Below are positions 1 to 9,143 of a stretch of 32,000 bases of DNA, piece by piece. Every line of letters begins with the position of its first letter. Positions within the stretch are counted from its first letter, which is position 1. The position numbers and the translations under genes are program-made. Origin of the DNA: Candidatus Kuenenia stuttgartensis (lineage in GTDB: Bacteria > Planctomycetota > Brocadiia > Brocadiales > Brocadiaceae); contig NZ_LT934425.1 of assembly GCF_900232105.1 (NCBI RefSeq), positions 1,290,001-1,322,000 of the forward strand. Direction: 5' to 3'. The notes below the pieces were generated by a model that searched no databases, was not told the DNA's origin, and saw only the letters and a program-made list of their open reading frames with translations.

Positions 1-6
1 GGTTTT

Positions 7-1344
7 CTACTGAAAAACTACATCCAGTGACATGCGTTCCCACTTTTCCCATTCCTCCTGATGGAGAAATTTCTCCGGCAATTTTAATGTCATCTGCCGG
101 CTTCTCTCCACCAGTTTCCCTGCCACACGGATTAACCACAGTCTCATCGTCTTTACTTCCCACTGTTGTATCACTCCACCACTGAGCAATCCCATCCACT
201 TCAAAAGATTATACGCTAACACCGCACACTGAAATAGCGCAGCATTGGCCAAAAATTCACCCGTACGTATGTGCCCCGCATTCATCTGTCCTTTACTCTC
301 TTCTATCAAAGTCTCGCAGGTAGCCCTCTTTCCATAACAACGATGCGCTTCCATCGGACTTAACCGCTCCGTTGTAACGTAACAAAAATACTCATACACG
401 GACACTTCTACTAATTTCTTTTCTCTTTTGACCAATTGCCGCACTGCCACAAAACGTCTCGCACGATCCCACCCTGCACATCGATACCAAAATTCAGCCT
501 GTTCCCATCCTGGCTCCCCTTTCACCTCATTCCATTTCTGCCCTTCAAGCAATCCTTCCAGATTCTTCAGCTTTACCTTAATCAGATATCCCGCCAATAT
601 TGACTCAAGGTATTCAAGTAATTCTCCGGTAAAAAAACCGCTGTCTCCTCGAAATACCACCCTTACCCCCTTATTCATGTACGCCATACATTCCTTCATG
701 AACTCTACTACTCCGTTACTCGTGTAGGCGCTTCCACAGCGGAACCAACTATGTAATACCTCCTTTGTTTCTGCAATAAATGCCATTAAGGGATGATACG
801 CCTTCTGCCCCTTCTTGTGCGGATTATATCCTACCTCTGCACCCTCCTGTTTCCCATATACACCATCTACGGTAGAATCAACATCTATCCATACTTCGCA
901 AAGAGCACTCCTGAGTTTATGGCCTGATCTCACCGCACGCTTCCATATCTTTCCCCTAAACCGGTGGATCACCCCCGTCAGTTCCACTATATCTCCCTGA
1001 CTCGCCAGCTTCATAATACGTCCTATCGTAGTATCTACAGGTACCTCTTTCCACCCGGACATCTTCTTCAATACCTCATCTGTACACACCTTCATCACCT
1101 CTACCATCGATGTCGCCCCTGCTATCAACCCTATCACTACCATTTGTACCGCATCGACAAACTGATACCGGGCATTTGCTCCACGATCCTTATGGACCGC
1201 TTCATGGACTCTCTCCCGGAACATCAGCTTACCCATAAAATTCAATACCGGTAAAAGCCCTGCATGTACCGTTAAGCCTTTCCCGCTCATCTCTGCCTTG
1301 ATTTTCGGTTGTCTTTTGCTGTATTTTTTTGCTATATTCTTCAT
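7..1344 (-). mobile_element. IS1380-family-like transposase (DDE type), complete ORF; outer IS boundary lies off the left edge of the window
   Basis: 445-aa ORF with 'WIDVDSTVDGVYGKQEGAEVGYNPHKKGQKAYHPLMAF' and 'FRGDSGFF', typical of IS1380-type transposases; TAG stop at 7-9. Confidence 0.9.
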
Positions 1345-1428
1345 CGAAATGGTGAATCTCCTTTCAGGTGTTTTTTGTTATCAATATACCGCCGAATACC
1401 TTGGAAATCCTACCATTTCAATCCTATT

Positions 1429-1458
1429 CCTGCAACAAGGCTTTGCCTTGTTTGCAGG
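1429..1458. repeat. Small inverted repeat (hairpin) near the IS1380 5' side
   Basis: CCTGCAACAAGGC-TTT-GCCTTGTTTGCAGG; arms pair with a single extra A. Confidence 0.75.
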
Positions 1459-1542
1459 ATTTAGGTTCAATGTAAAAGAATAGAGGCAAATGAGCAACAA
1501 TTTGAGAATTGAATATTGAACATTTGACCCAGTTTGCGGAAC

Positions 1543-1588
1543 TTGGGAAAGAGCATTCTGCTTTTTCAAAAAACTAAAATATTACGGA
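1543..1588. repeat. Partial (right-half) degenerate copy of the dispersed inverted-repeat family
   Basis: AACTTGGGAAAGAGCATTCTGCTTTTTCAAAAAACTAAAATATTAC resembles AGCTTGGGAATGAGCAGTTTTACGTTTTCAAAAAAACTAAAG...GTGTTAC at 22206-22258. Confidence 0.55.
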
Positions 1589-1591
1589 TTT

Positions 1592-2155
1592 TTAATGTCC
1601 CTTGATTAATGCCATAACTTCTGCACGGGTGGCGGGGTTATCGCGAAATATGCCCCTTACCACGGAGGTCAGCACCTTTGTGCCGGGTTTTTTTATTCCT
1701 CGCATGGTCATGCAGAGATGCTCTGCTTCAATAATGACGAGAACACCCTTGGGTTTTAATGCCTTCATGATAGATTCGGCAATATCTGTCGTAAGCCTTT
1801 CCTGTACCTGTGGCCGCCTTGCTTCAATATTAACCACTCTGGCAAGCTTACTGATGCCTGTTACCCTGTTCCCCTGGGGGATATAGGCAACATGGGAAAC
1901 TCCGCTGAAAGGAAGGAGGTGGTGTTCACACATGGAATAAAAAGGTATGTCTTTTAAAAGAACTATTTCGTCGTATTTTTCAGATTTTAATACCTTAATT
2001 ACAGAGTGAGAATCCTGCCCGATACCTGCAAATATCTCTTCGCACATTTCGGCAACCCTTTCAGGTGTTTCCTGCAATCCTTCACGGTTGGGATCTTCTC
2101 CGATGCCTTCTATAAATAAACGTATAGCAGCCTGAATTTTTTCCTTATCTATCAA
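1592..2155 (-). CDS. folE: GTP cyclohydrolase I
   Basis: 187 aa; '[10 protein letters not shown]', '[22 protein letters not shown]', 'GLSKLAR'-like '[25 protein letters not shown]' motifs. Confidence 0.95.
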   Translation of the reverse strand: MIDKEKIQAAIRLFIEGIGEDPNREGLQETPERVAEMCEEIFAGIGQDSHSVIKVLKSEKYDEIVLLKDIPFYSMCEHHLLPFSGVSHVAYIPQGNRVTGISKLARVVNIEARRPQVQERLTTDIAESIMKALKPKGVLVIIEAEHLCMTMRGIKKPGTKVLTSVVRGIFRDNPATRAEVMALIKGH

Positions 2156-2166
2156 AAAAAGCTCCT

Positions 2167-3042
2167 TTATGACAATAATCCATAATCTTCTAATACAGTC
2201 TTTAGTCTTTCCTCATTTTCTTTCGTTATCTCGCACAGTGGCAAACGCATCTCACCGTTTAGCCTCCCTAATAATTTCATAGCCGTCTTGACAGGAATGG
2301 GATTTGTCTCGATAAACATCCCTTTGCATAACGGAAAGAGCTTGTAGTGGTATTCCAACGCCTTTCCGAAATTGCCTTCTAAGCAATGCCTGACGAGAGC
2401 GGCGGTATCGGACGGGGCTATATTGGCGGTTACCGATATTACCCCTTTCCCTCCCACGGACATAATAGGGAGGATAAGGGAATCTTCTCCGGAAAGAACT
2501 GTTATATTGCACAGTTGCGATATTTTAGTTGCCTGATCGATATTTCCGCTAGCATCTTTTATTGCAACAATGTTTTTCATTTCAGCAAGCCTTGCCACGG
2601 TTTCGGGCAAAATAGAAATACCCGTCCTGGAAGGTACATTATATATTACAATGGGAATATCAACCTCTTCTGCTATTGCTTTATAATGCCGGTAAAGCCC
2701 TTCAGGGGTCGGTTTATTATAATAAGGAGTAATGACCAACGCGCCGTCTGCCCCTGTTTTTCTGGCATGTTTTGTCAAATGGATGGCTTCTTTGGTATTG
2801 TTCGAACCCGCTCCCGCGATAACGGGTATTCTGCCGGATACATAATTTACCACCTCGCTTACCACCTGTTCATGTTCTTCAAAAGAAAGCGTTGCGGCCT
2901 CGCCGGTTGTGCCGCAGGGAACGATTCCATTTGTTCCGTTCTCAATATGAAATTCAACAAGCTCTTTTAATTTTTTATAATCAACTTGCCCATTATTAAA
3001 GGGGGTTACCAAGGCCACAAGGGAACCTTTAAACATAATCAA
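2167..3042 (-). CDS. dapA: 4-hydroxy-tetrahydrodipicolinate synthase
   Basis: 291 aa; '[12 protein letters not shown]', '[17 protein letters not shown]', '[14 protein letters not shown]', '[13 protein letters not shown]', 'IKDASGN'. Confidence 0.96.
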   Translation of the reverse strand: MIMFKGSLVALVTPFNNGQVDYKKLKELVEFHIENGTNGIVPCGTTGEAATLSFEEHEQVVSEVVNYVSGRIPVIAGAGSNNTKEAIHLTKHARKTGADGALVITPYYNKPTPEGLYRHYKAIAEEVDIPIVIYNVPSRTGISILPETVARLAEMKNIVAIKDASGNIDQATKISQLCNITVLSGEDSLILPIMSVGGKGVISVTANIAPSDTAALVRHCLEGNFGKALEYHYKLFPLCKGMFIETNPIPVKTAMKLLGRLNGEMRLPLCEITKENEERLKTVLEDYGLLS

Positions 3043-3166
3043 GCTCCTTTTTCAGAAATAACAAAAACACAATTATGGTACGCAAGAAATAACGCTTTCT
3101 ACCTTTTGAAATGCAATCGTTTATTTAAGTCAGGCCTTCGGCGAAAATTCCTATATAAATTACAGG

Positions 3167-3916
3167 TTAGTCCAACGAAGTCCCCGGCTTTGCCATACTG
3201 TGCCTGAAAATCAAATCCTTCATTTCCTGCACGGCTTTTTTTATTCCGACAAAAACAGATCGGGAAACGATGCTATGCCCGATATGCAACTCTTCTACAT
3301 CCAGTGATTCCACGATATGTCCAACATTTTGATAAGTTAACCCATGCCCTGCATTTACCCTTAAACCTAAACCATGCGCAATCTTAATGCCTTGTCTGAG
3401 TTTTTCCGTCCATTTCGCCCTTAAGTTCACATCCTTCGCATTTGCGTAATTACCTGTATGCAGTTCTATAAACTGTGACCCAACCTCTTTTGCAGCAATA
3501 ATCTGTTCTTCTTCAGGATCTATAAAAAGACTTATCAATATGCCTGCATCGGCAAGTCGTTTTACCACCCTGCCAATAACACTTTTTTGTGACGCCACAT
3601 CAAGTCCGCCCTCGGTGGTAACCTCTTGCCTTTTTTCAGGTACGAGGGCGACCTGTTCGGGTTTTGTTTTAATTGCTATGTCTACAATTTCATCCGCAAT
3701 GGACATCTCAAGGTTTAGTTTGGTAAAAACCGTTTCCCTGAGTAATAGTATATCCCGGTCTTGTATGTGCCTTCTGTCTTCTCTCAAATGAACGGTAATA
3801 ATATCTGCGCCGCCAAGAATTGCAAAAGAGGCGGCAGTCACAGGATCTGGTTCATACGTCTTTCTTGCCTGACGGAGGGTAGCAACGTGGTCGATGTTTA
3901 CTCCTAACTTTATCAT
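3167..3916 (-). CDS. pdxJ: Pyridoxine 5'-phosphate synthase
   Basis: 249 aa; 'LGVNIDHVATLRQAR', 'GADIITVHLREDRRHIQDRD', 'VNAGHGLTYQN'. Confidence 0.96.
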   Translation of the reverse strand: MIKLGVNIDHVATLRQARKTYEPDPVTAASFAILGGADIITVHLREDRRHIQDRDILLLRETVFTKLNLEMSIADEIVDIAIKTKPEQVALVPEKRQEVTTEGGLDVASQKSVIGRVVKRLADAGILISLFIDPEEEQIIAAKEVGSQFIELHTGNYANAKDVNLRAKWTEKLRQGIKIAHGLGLRVNAGHGLTYQNVGHIVESLDVEELHIGHSIVSRSVFVGIKKAVQEMKDLIFRHSMAKPGTSLD

Positions 3917-4923
3917 TGTTTTCCGCTTTCTGAAGGGTTCTCCCTTTCCCTGATATCAAGGTGGGCATCGGGCAATTTATCAACAATTTCAAGGTTTTTG
4001 CTTAAATGGCATTTAATCGGCTGTTTGTAGGGTCCCGGGGGTTTTAATGAAGTAACATCAACATAGGGCAAGATATCCTCCGGATTCAGCTTTTCCAGCA
4101 AAAGCTTTGAACCTTTTATTTTTATATTGACGTACTCATCTCTCAATTTAATAACATACGGATAATTATCCGGCATCAGTATTTTTATTTTTAACTTTTC
4201 TATAACCCTGGTTTCCTGTTTTTCCACCACTTGCAGCCACATGCGTATATCCTGATCGCAGACAACTGGTACCGTAATGCTTTTATCTCCATGTTTAACG
4301 GTTACTTTTTGATCAATCTCAATTCGCCAGGGAAAGGTGCGGTTTTGTTCAACGGTAATACCTCCAATATCGACTGGTATCGTGTTGATGGAGACAACCT
4401 CTTTTAAAGCATTCAAAGGGCCTTCAACTTCTACCTCGGCGGGAAAAACAAATTCATTCGCAATGGTATATCCGATAGCAGGCTCCCCCTTTTTTTGCAA
4501 ATTAACCTTAAGCCTTTTTTTTTGCAATTTTCCCAGTAAGATGCTTACTTTTTCAGGGTAAACGGATATTAATTTGACGGAATTAGGCAAGCCGAGATGC
4601 TCTCTGCCAATAATTACCGTCTGTTTGATTTGATCCTCAATTCCCTCCGGAGATTCCTGGATAACGTATTTTGCATGAACTTTTTGGTCTTTGATCAGAC
4701 CCTTCGTAGTTTCAATCACATTTTGAGGGCCTCTGAGATGCACCACAATATCTTCCGCACTTTGCTCAAGCACCGTAATTCCTGTTGGGACAGAAACTGA
4801 TAGCCTCACAACCTCTGTCAAATCTTCCGTATGCCTGTTAATTGCATACAGCCAGAGGGCGATTGCCATCACTAATGCCATAAATTTTGTGAGAAGATTG
4901 CCGGTAATTATTTCTTTAATCAC
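3913..4923 (-). CDS. YbbR-like/CdaR-type domain protein adjacent to the diadenylate cyclase
   Basis: N-terminal 'KFMALVMAIALWLYAINR' TM/YbbR start, repeated 'VEVEGPLNALKEV' YbbR-like repeats; 4-bp overlap with pdxJ. Confidence 0.85.
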   Translation of the reverse strand: MIKEIITGNLLTKFMALVMAIALWLYAINRHTEDLTEVVRLSVSVPTGITVLEQSAEDIVVHLRGPQNVIETTKGLIKDQKVHAKYVIQESPEGIEDQIKQTVIIGREHLGLPNSVKLISVYPEKVSILLGKLQKKRLKVNLQKKGEPAIGYTIANEFVFPAEVEVEGPLNALKEVVSINTIPVDIGGITVEQNRTFPWRIEIDQKVTVKHGDKSITVPVVCDQDIRMWLQVVEKQETRVIEKLKIKILMPDNYPYVIKLRDEYVNIKIKGSKLLLEKLNPEDILPYVDVTSLKPPGPYKQPIKCHLSKNLEIVDKLPDAHLDIRERENPSESGKQ

Positions 4924-4925
4924 GA

Positions 4926-5747
4926 CTATTTAGTCCTGGAAAGGCTAAACTTTTCAGAGGATAGTTCATTCAGAATCTTTTTCAATTCTTTGTCATCAAC
5001 CCCACGGTTCAATGTCCCTTTGTATGTCACAGACACATTGCCCGTCTCCTCAGATACCACAATCACAATTGCGTCCGTTTCCTCTGTAAGCCCGACAGCC
5101 GCCCGGTGACGTGTTCCCAGCTCTTTTGATAATTCTTTATTTCCGGTAAGCGGCAACAAACATCCGGCAGCGCTTATTTTCTGCTCCTGAATAATCACCG
5201 CACCATCGTGCAATGGAGAACCTGGCCAGAAGATAGAGCATAGCAGTTCACTGGTGGCATCAGCATTTAGTTTAATCCCGGTTTCTGCAAAGTTGTTCAG
5301 GCCTGCTTCCCTTTCTATAGCAATAAGAGCGCCTATTCTCTTTTTTGATAAAATGCCGACAGCCTTAAGTATTTCATCAACTACCCGGTAATCAGGTTTT
5401 GCCATTACGCTGAAAACAGGGCTCTGACCAAGCCTAAACAATGCACGCCGGAATTCCGGTTGAAATAAAATAATCATTGGCACAATAAACACCGGCACAA
5501 ATTCCGTTACCAGCCAATTGATTGTATATAATTGCAGTTTCCTTATAAAAAACAATATACCTACGGAGATTAAAACAATAATAAACGCCACACCTCTTAA
5601 AATGCTTGTACCACTAGTACCCTGCATGATTCTGAGAACGGCATAAAGCATTATATAAATAAGAAATATCTCCCCCGCTGACCGTAGAATCATACGCCCG
5701 CTGATATCTCCGAATAATATTGACAGGTTTTCTAACATCTTAAGCAT
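4926..5747 (-). CDS. cdaA: Membrane-associated diadenylate cyclase (DAC/DisA_N domain)
   Basis: 273 aa; N-terminal TM helices, 'GSPLHDGAVII' (DGA motif) and 'TRHRAAVGLTEETDAIVIVVSEE' (RHR motif). Confidence 0.93.
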   Translation of the reverse strand: MLKMLENLSILFGDISGRMILRSAGEIFLIYIMLYAVLRIMQGTSGTSILRGVAFIIVLISVGILFFIRKLQLYTINWLVTEFVPVFIVPMIILFQPEFRRALFRLGQSPVFSVMAKPDYRVVDEILKAVGILSKKRIGALIAIEREAGLNNFAETGIKLNADATSELLCSIFWPGSPLHDGAVIIQEQKISAAGCLLPLTGNKELSKELGTRHRAAVGLTEETDAIVIVVSEETGNVSVTYKGTLNRGVDDKELKKILNELSSEKFSLSRTK

Positions 5748-6696
5748 TCCTTATCGCATCGCATATTGTTGCCACATGGACAGCAGCTTTCACATCATGT
5801 ACCCGTATGATATTTGCGCCATTCATAATTGACACGGCAAGGGTGGCAAGCGTTCCGTATAACCGCTCCTGTGCCGAAACATTCAATAGCGCTCCAATAA
5901 AATTTTTCCGTGATGTGCCTATTAACAAAGGATATCCCATTCCCTTAAACTCGTATAGCTTTTTCAGTATTTCAAGATTTTGCTGCATAGTCTTGCCAAA
6001 ACCTATCCCCGGATCCAAAATTATTTTACTTTTCTCAATTCCTGCTTCCATTGCGGTAGAAATGGATCTCTTCAAACAGGACATTATTTCCGGAAACAGA
6101 TCTTTACATATGGGATTTTTTTGCATTGTCAGGGGAGATCCTTTTTTATGCATTATGACAACAGGCACTCTTGCCCCGGCAATGACCTTTGACATGTTTT
6201 CATCGTCAATCAAACCGCCAATGTCATTTACCATTGACGCACCCTCTTCAATTGCTCTCTTTGCTACAACTGCCTTGTATGTATCGATGGAGATAGGTTT
6301 ATTGATCTCTTTTGATAGTATCTTTATCAGCGGAATCACCCTCTTTAATTCTTCTTCCTCAGATATCGGGCTCGCCCCAGGTCTGGTAGATTCACCGCCA
6401 ACATCAATAATATCCGCTCCTTCTTCTATCATCTTATGCGCATGATCAATCGCCTCTTCGGGAACAAAATGCTTGTTGCCATCATAAAAGGAGTCGGGCG
6501 TTATATTCAAGACACCCATAATGTGCGTTTTCCCGCCCAGGCACAACTTTCCCCGAGGGTAATCAATTTCAAAATACACGAAAACAATCCTCAGTCCCCA
6601 GTCCCCAGTCCCCAGTCCCCAATCTGCAATTTGCCGACTGCCGACTGCCGACTGCCGACTGCCGACTGCATAAGGAACCATTAAATATTTTGCCAA
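5740..6696 (-). CDS. folP: Dihydropteroate synthase; the first ~40 residues of the ORF are probably not native (GTG at about 6579 is a possible start)
   Basis: 'MGVLNITPDSFYDG', 'ADIIDVGGESTRPGA', 'NDIGG', 'ILDPGIGFGKT'; N-terminal 'AVGSRQSAVGSRQIADWGLGTGDWGL' is translation of heptamer repeats. Confidence 0.92.
   Translation of the reverse strand: MAKYLMVPYAVGSRQSAVGSRQIADWGLGTGDWGLRIVFVYFEIDYPRGKLCLGGKTHIMGVLNITPDSFYDGNKHFVPEEAIDHAHKMIEEGADIIDVGGESTRPGASPISEEEELKRVIPLIKILSKEINKPISIDTYKAVVAKRAIEEGASMVNDIGGLIDDENMSKVIAGARVPVVIMHKKGSPLTMQKNPICKDLFPEIMSCLKRSISTAMEAGIEKSKIILDPGIGFGKTMQQNLEILKKLYEFKGMGYPLLIGTSRKNFIGALLNVSAQERLYGTLATLAVSIMNGANIIRVHDVKAAVHVATICDAIRNA
6592..6619. repeat. Tandem heptamer repeat, 4 x CAGTCCC
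   Basis: cagtccc x4 read directly from 6592-6619. Confidence 0.95.
6634..6668. repeat. Tandem heptamer repeat, 5 x CCGACTG
   Basis: ccgactg x5 read directly from 6634-6668. Confidence 0.95.
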
Positions 6697-6758
6697 AAGT
6701 GCGAAGAAATTACTGATAAAGTACTATATTATGGTTTTTGGGTGAACCACGGAACACA

Positions 6759-6800
6759 CGGAATACGCGGAAAGAAGAAAATAAACTTCCGTGTATTCCG
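6759..6800. repeat. Imperfect inverted repeat (possible 3' hairpin of the 518-aa ORF unit)
   Basis: CGGAATACGCGGAAAG ... CTTCCGTGTATTCCG pair with few mismatches. Confidence 0.65.
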
Positions 6801-6840
6801 TACTACTATCCATCAATTTCTTGTTTTTTATGCGTGTTTT

Positions 6841-8397
6841 TCATGCCGCCATTTCCGTAAGTGCTTTAATATCAAGGGCTGAAGCGGTCATCAGTGAACA
6901 AGAGAACTTCTGGCCTTTCTCCGTCAAAACATAGCGGTTGGCCCTCGGAACTTTGCGGATTAGACCGTGTGCCCGCAGCATCTTTATCCGTCGGGTCGTT
7001 CGTCCGGAATATTTCTTTTGCTGATCCTTGCCGGATTGTTCGGATTCCCGGTAAAGCCACTTACGCAAATCATGGTTGCGGAATCCATTTATCGCGTTTT
7101 CGCCTTTGGACAGGAACATCAGCATCTGGTAATCATCCTGCTGCCAGGGATTCAAACCTCGATACCTCTTGCCCTCTTTGACAACCTTGTTACAAGCGCT
7201 GCTCACCACTTCTTTCAGTTTCTCCTCTACCTGAGCCGCCGCCAAAGCATCCCCATAACGATCATTGCATTGTTGGCTCACCTCACACCGTCGATGAAGA
7301 TCGCTTACGCCCTTACGCATCTTCTGCCATGACGCCGGTTTGCCTTCATCATCATTGGGACTCCGAAAGACCTTAAAGTCCCGCGTATTATTGATCGTTG
7401 TCTCAATACGCAAGAGACTACCGCTCTTGTTATACATCTTCACTGAATTATAATTCACACTGTGCTTGACCCGTATACCTTCATAGCGTCTTCGATAGTC
7501 GCTGATAACCTCATCAGGGGCAGCGCCTGCAAGGTTACGCCTACCCAAATACTTCATCACCGAAGAACTGTCGCAAACCCGCATCGCATGATGAACAAAC
7601 GATGGAAACAACTCCTCCAATGCCTCAACCGATTTAAACATGATGTCCGTCGCCCACTCCGTCTCATCCGCAGACCAGTAATACTCCGGTTCCAACGGAC
7701 GAAGAATCTGCGACAATGCCGGGCAACTGCCCAACGCAAGCCCGTTCAGCAGCTTCGCCCAGTCAGTCTTAAGCTGCTCATGGAGCAGAACCTGCGCAGC
7801 CGCAATATCCTCTATACGCACAAAACAGTTGCCGTCCTTAACATAATCAATACCTTGCTTCTGAAGTTGCCGCTCCAGCCAATGACGACCATTGAGACAA
7901 ATGAAAATATTAAACGGCGCCCAACTCTGGATACGAACATGACCAAAACCAAACACTGGATCGTTAAAATAATGATACACAAAGACACACTTGCGGGGCG
8001 CCATTACCAACTCGAGCTTCTTGCTGGCCTTGTTGCCCTTGACCATCGGCGCAATACAAGGCTCTACCACACTCAACAGGCAGATGGAACCTTCCGTAAT
8101 CCTCTTATCCGCCGCGATCTGGCGAGCCAACTTCTCCTTATCAACACCGCTGCTCATCAAATACCGCACCTCGATACCCAAATCTTTCGCCCGCGATTCA
8201 CAACTGTCTCGCACCTGTGCCGTAAGCCCATTGACCCAACCGGAAAAATCCTTAAGCAGAATTCTCGCTTGGTTCATGAATGTTCCCATCCCACGCTCAC
8301 TGGCCAACCACCGCAATGTCCCGCGAAAACGAATCCTGTCCAGACCGCTTATTGCACCCACGATCCTGTCTCGATATAATTCCATCAACTTATTCAT
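6841..8397 (-). CDS. Unassigned 518-aa protein with a possible C-terminal winged-helix region; suspected mobile-element protein
   Basis: Begins 'MNKLMELYRDRIVGAISGLDRIRFRGTLRWLASERGMGTFM'; C-terminal 'GRTTRRIKMLRAHGLIRKVPRANRYVLTEKGQKF' is winged-helix-like. No standard transposase family recognised by eye. Confidence 0.6.
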   Translation of the reverse strand: MNKLMELYRDRIVGAISGLDRIRFRGTLRWLASERGMGTFMNQARILLKDFSGWVNGLTAQVRDSCESRAKDLGIEVRYLMSSGVDKEKLARQIAADKRITEGSICLLSVVEPCIAPMVKGNKASKKLELVMAPRKCVFVYHYFNDPVFGFGHVRIQSWAPFNIFICLNGRHWLERQLQKQGIDYVKDGNCFVRIEDIAAAQVLLHEQLKTDWAKLLNGLALGSCPALSQILRPLEPEYYWSADETEWATDIMFKSVEALEELFPSFVHHAMRVCDSSSVMKYLGRRNLAGAAPDEVISDYRRRYEGIRVKHSVNYNSVKMYNKSGSLLRIETTINNTRDFKVFRSPNDDEGKPASWQKMRKGVSDLHRRCEVSQQCNDRYGDALAAAQVEEKLKEVVSSACNKVVKEGKRYRGLNPWQQDDYQMLMFLSKGENAINGFRNHDLRKWLYRESEQSGKDQQKKYSGRTTRRIKMLRAHGLIRKVPRANRYVLTEKGQKFSCSLMTASALDIKALTEMAA

Positions 8398-8481
8398 AAG
8401 TAGTGTCCTCCAAATTGTCTGATTACTATTTACGAGGATACTACTATACTTTATAATAAACTAAAAATCACCTTTTTGGTT

Positions 8482-8496
8482 GCGGCCAAAGGCCGC
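8482..8496. repeat. Perfect short GC-rich hairpin upstream of the 518-aa ORF
   Basis: GCGGCC-AAA-GGCCGC. Confidence 0.8.
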
Positions 8497-8572
8497 GCTA
8501 GGTGTTCCGTGGTCTAAATCTTTAATTTTGCAATTCTCCAAGTTGCCTGTTTATCAAACCATGTCTTTTGTG

Positions 8573-9118
8573 TCACCACCAATCTTCCTCCATTGATTCC
8601 ACAATACTTTGCGCCAATTTTACAAATGATTCGTTACTGGAAGAAGTGAGTGTTTCATTTCTTAAAACAATAAACTCTGTCGTGCCTTTTATATTCTTCC
8701 GTTCAACGATTGCCCTTCCCGTCCGTGTATCAACCCATCGAATGTCCGCCCTGATAGTTACCCTACTTTCCACAATATTGTCTTTTCTGTCCTCAATTAA
8801 TACATTTTCATTTACACTTGAAATTTTTCCAAACAGAATGGAATCTGCTTCATCTTTGTCAACAATACGCAAATTTGTTCTTAACAACAGTTGGTCGCGT
8901 ACTGCCCTGGTTAAATCGAATTCGTATCCTCTGCGAAAGGTATCATTATCAAAAATGGGGACATAGATGCTTCGAACATTTGAACGAAGCAATGACTTTG
9001 AGCTGTAACCGCATCCCGTTATAAAAAAGAAGATCATAAGAAACACCAGAGCAGAAAGGGTGTAATGCCTTCTTTTAAAAACACAGGGTATTGTCATTTT
9101 ATAAAAACACTTTGGCAT
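8573..9118 (-). CDS. lptE: LptE-like LPS-assembly lipoprotein
   Basis: 181 aa; lipobox 'FFFITGCGYSSKSLLRSNVRSIYVPIFDNDTFRRGYEFDLTRAVRDQL' is typical of the LptE family. Confidence 0.75.
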   Translation of the reverse strand: MPKCFYKMTIPCVFKRRHYTLSALVFLMIFFFITGCGYSSKSLLRSNVRSIYVPIFDNDTFRRGYEFDLTRAVRDQLLLRTNLRIVDKDEADSILFGKISSVNENVLIEDRKDNIVESRVTIRADIRWVDTRTGRAIVERKNIKGTTEFIVLRNETLTSSSNESFVKLAQSIVESMEEDWW

Positions 9119-9143
9119 AATGTTTTATCTTTTTCTCATAGGG

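Larger units (their letters stand above)
6746..8513. mobile_element. Candidate uncharacterised mobile or repeated element containing the 518-aa ORF, bounded by a 12-bp perfect inverted repeat
   Basis: ACCACGGAACAC at 6746-6757 and its exact reverse complement GTGTTCCGTGGT at 8502-8513; single ORF between; sits between two co-oriented housekeeping blocks. Confidence 0.45.

Noticed and set aside
2386-2970. 194-aa plus-strand ORF antisense to dapA (and similar ones over folP, pdxJ, purA)
   Set aside because: All oppose strongly conserved housekeeping genes and lack recognisable motifs.
6592-6668. Possible CRISPR-like array
   Set aside because: Units are 7 bp and directly adjacent with no unique spacers, so this is simple tandem repetition.
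5740-6696. Full-length 318-aa FolP including the N-terminal VGSRQ repeat segment as a novel domain
   Set aside because: The extension is explained by translation through heptamer tandem repeats upstream of a plausible downstream start.
7462-8379. Long antisense ORF (305 aa, +) opposite the 518-aa gene
   Set aside because: Fully overlaps the better-supported minus-strand ORF; composition looks like a frame shadow and no domain is recognisable.
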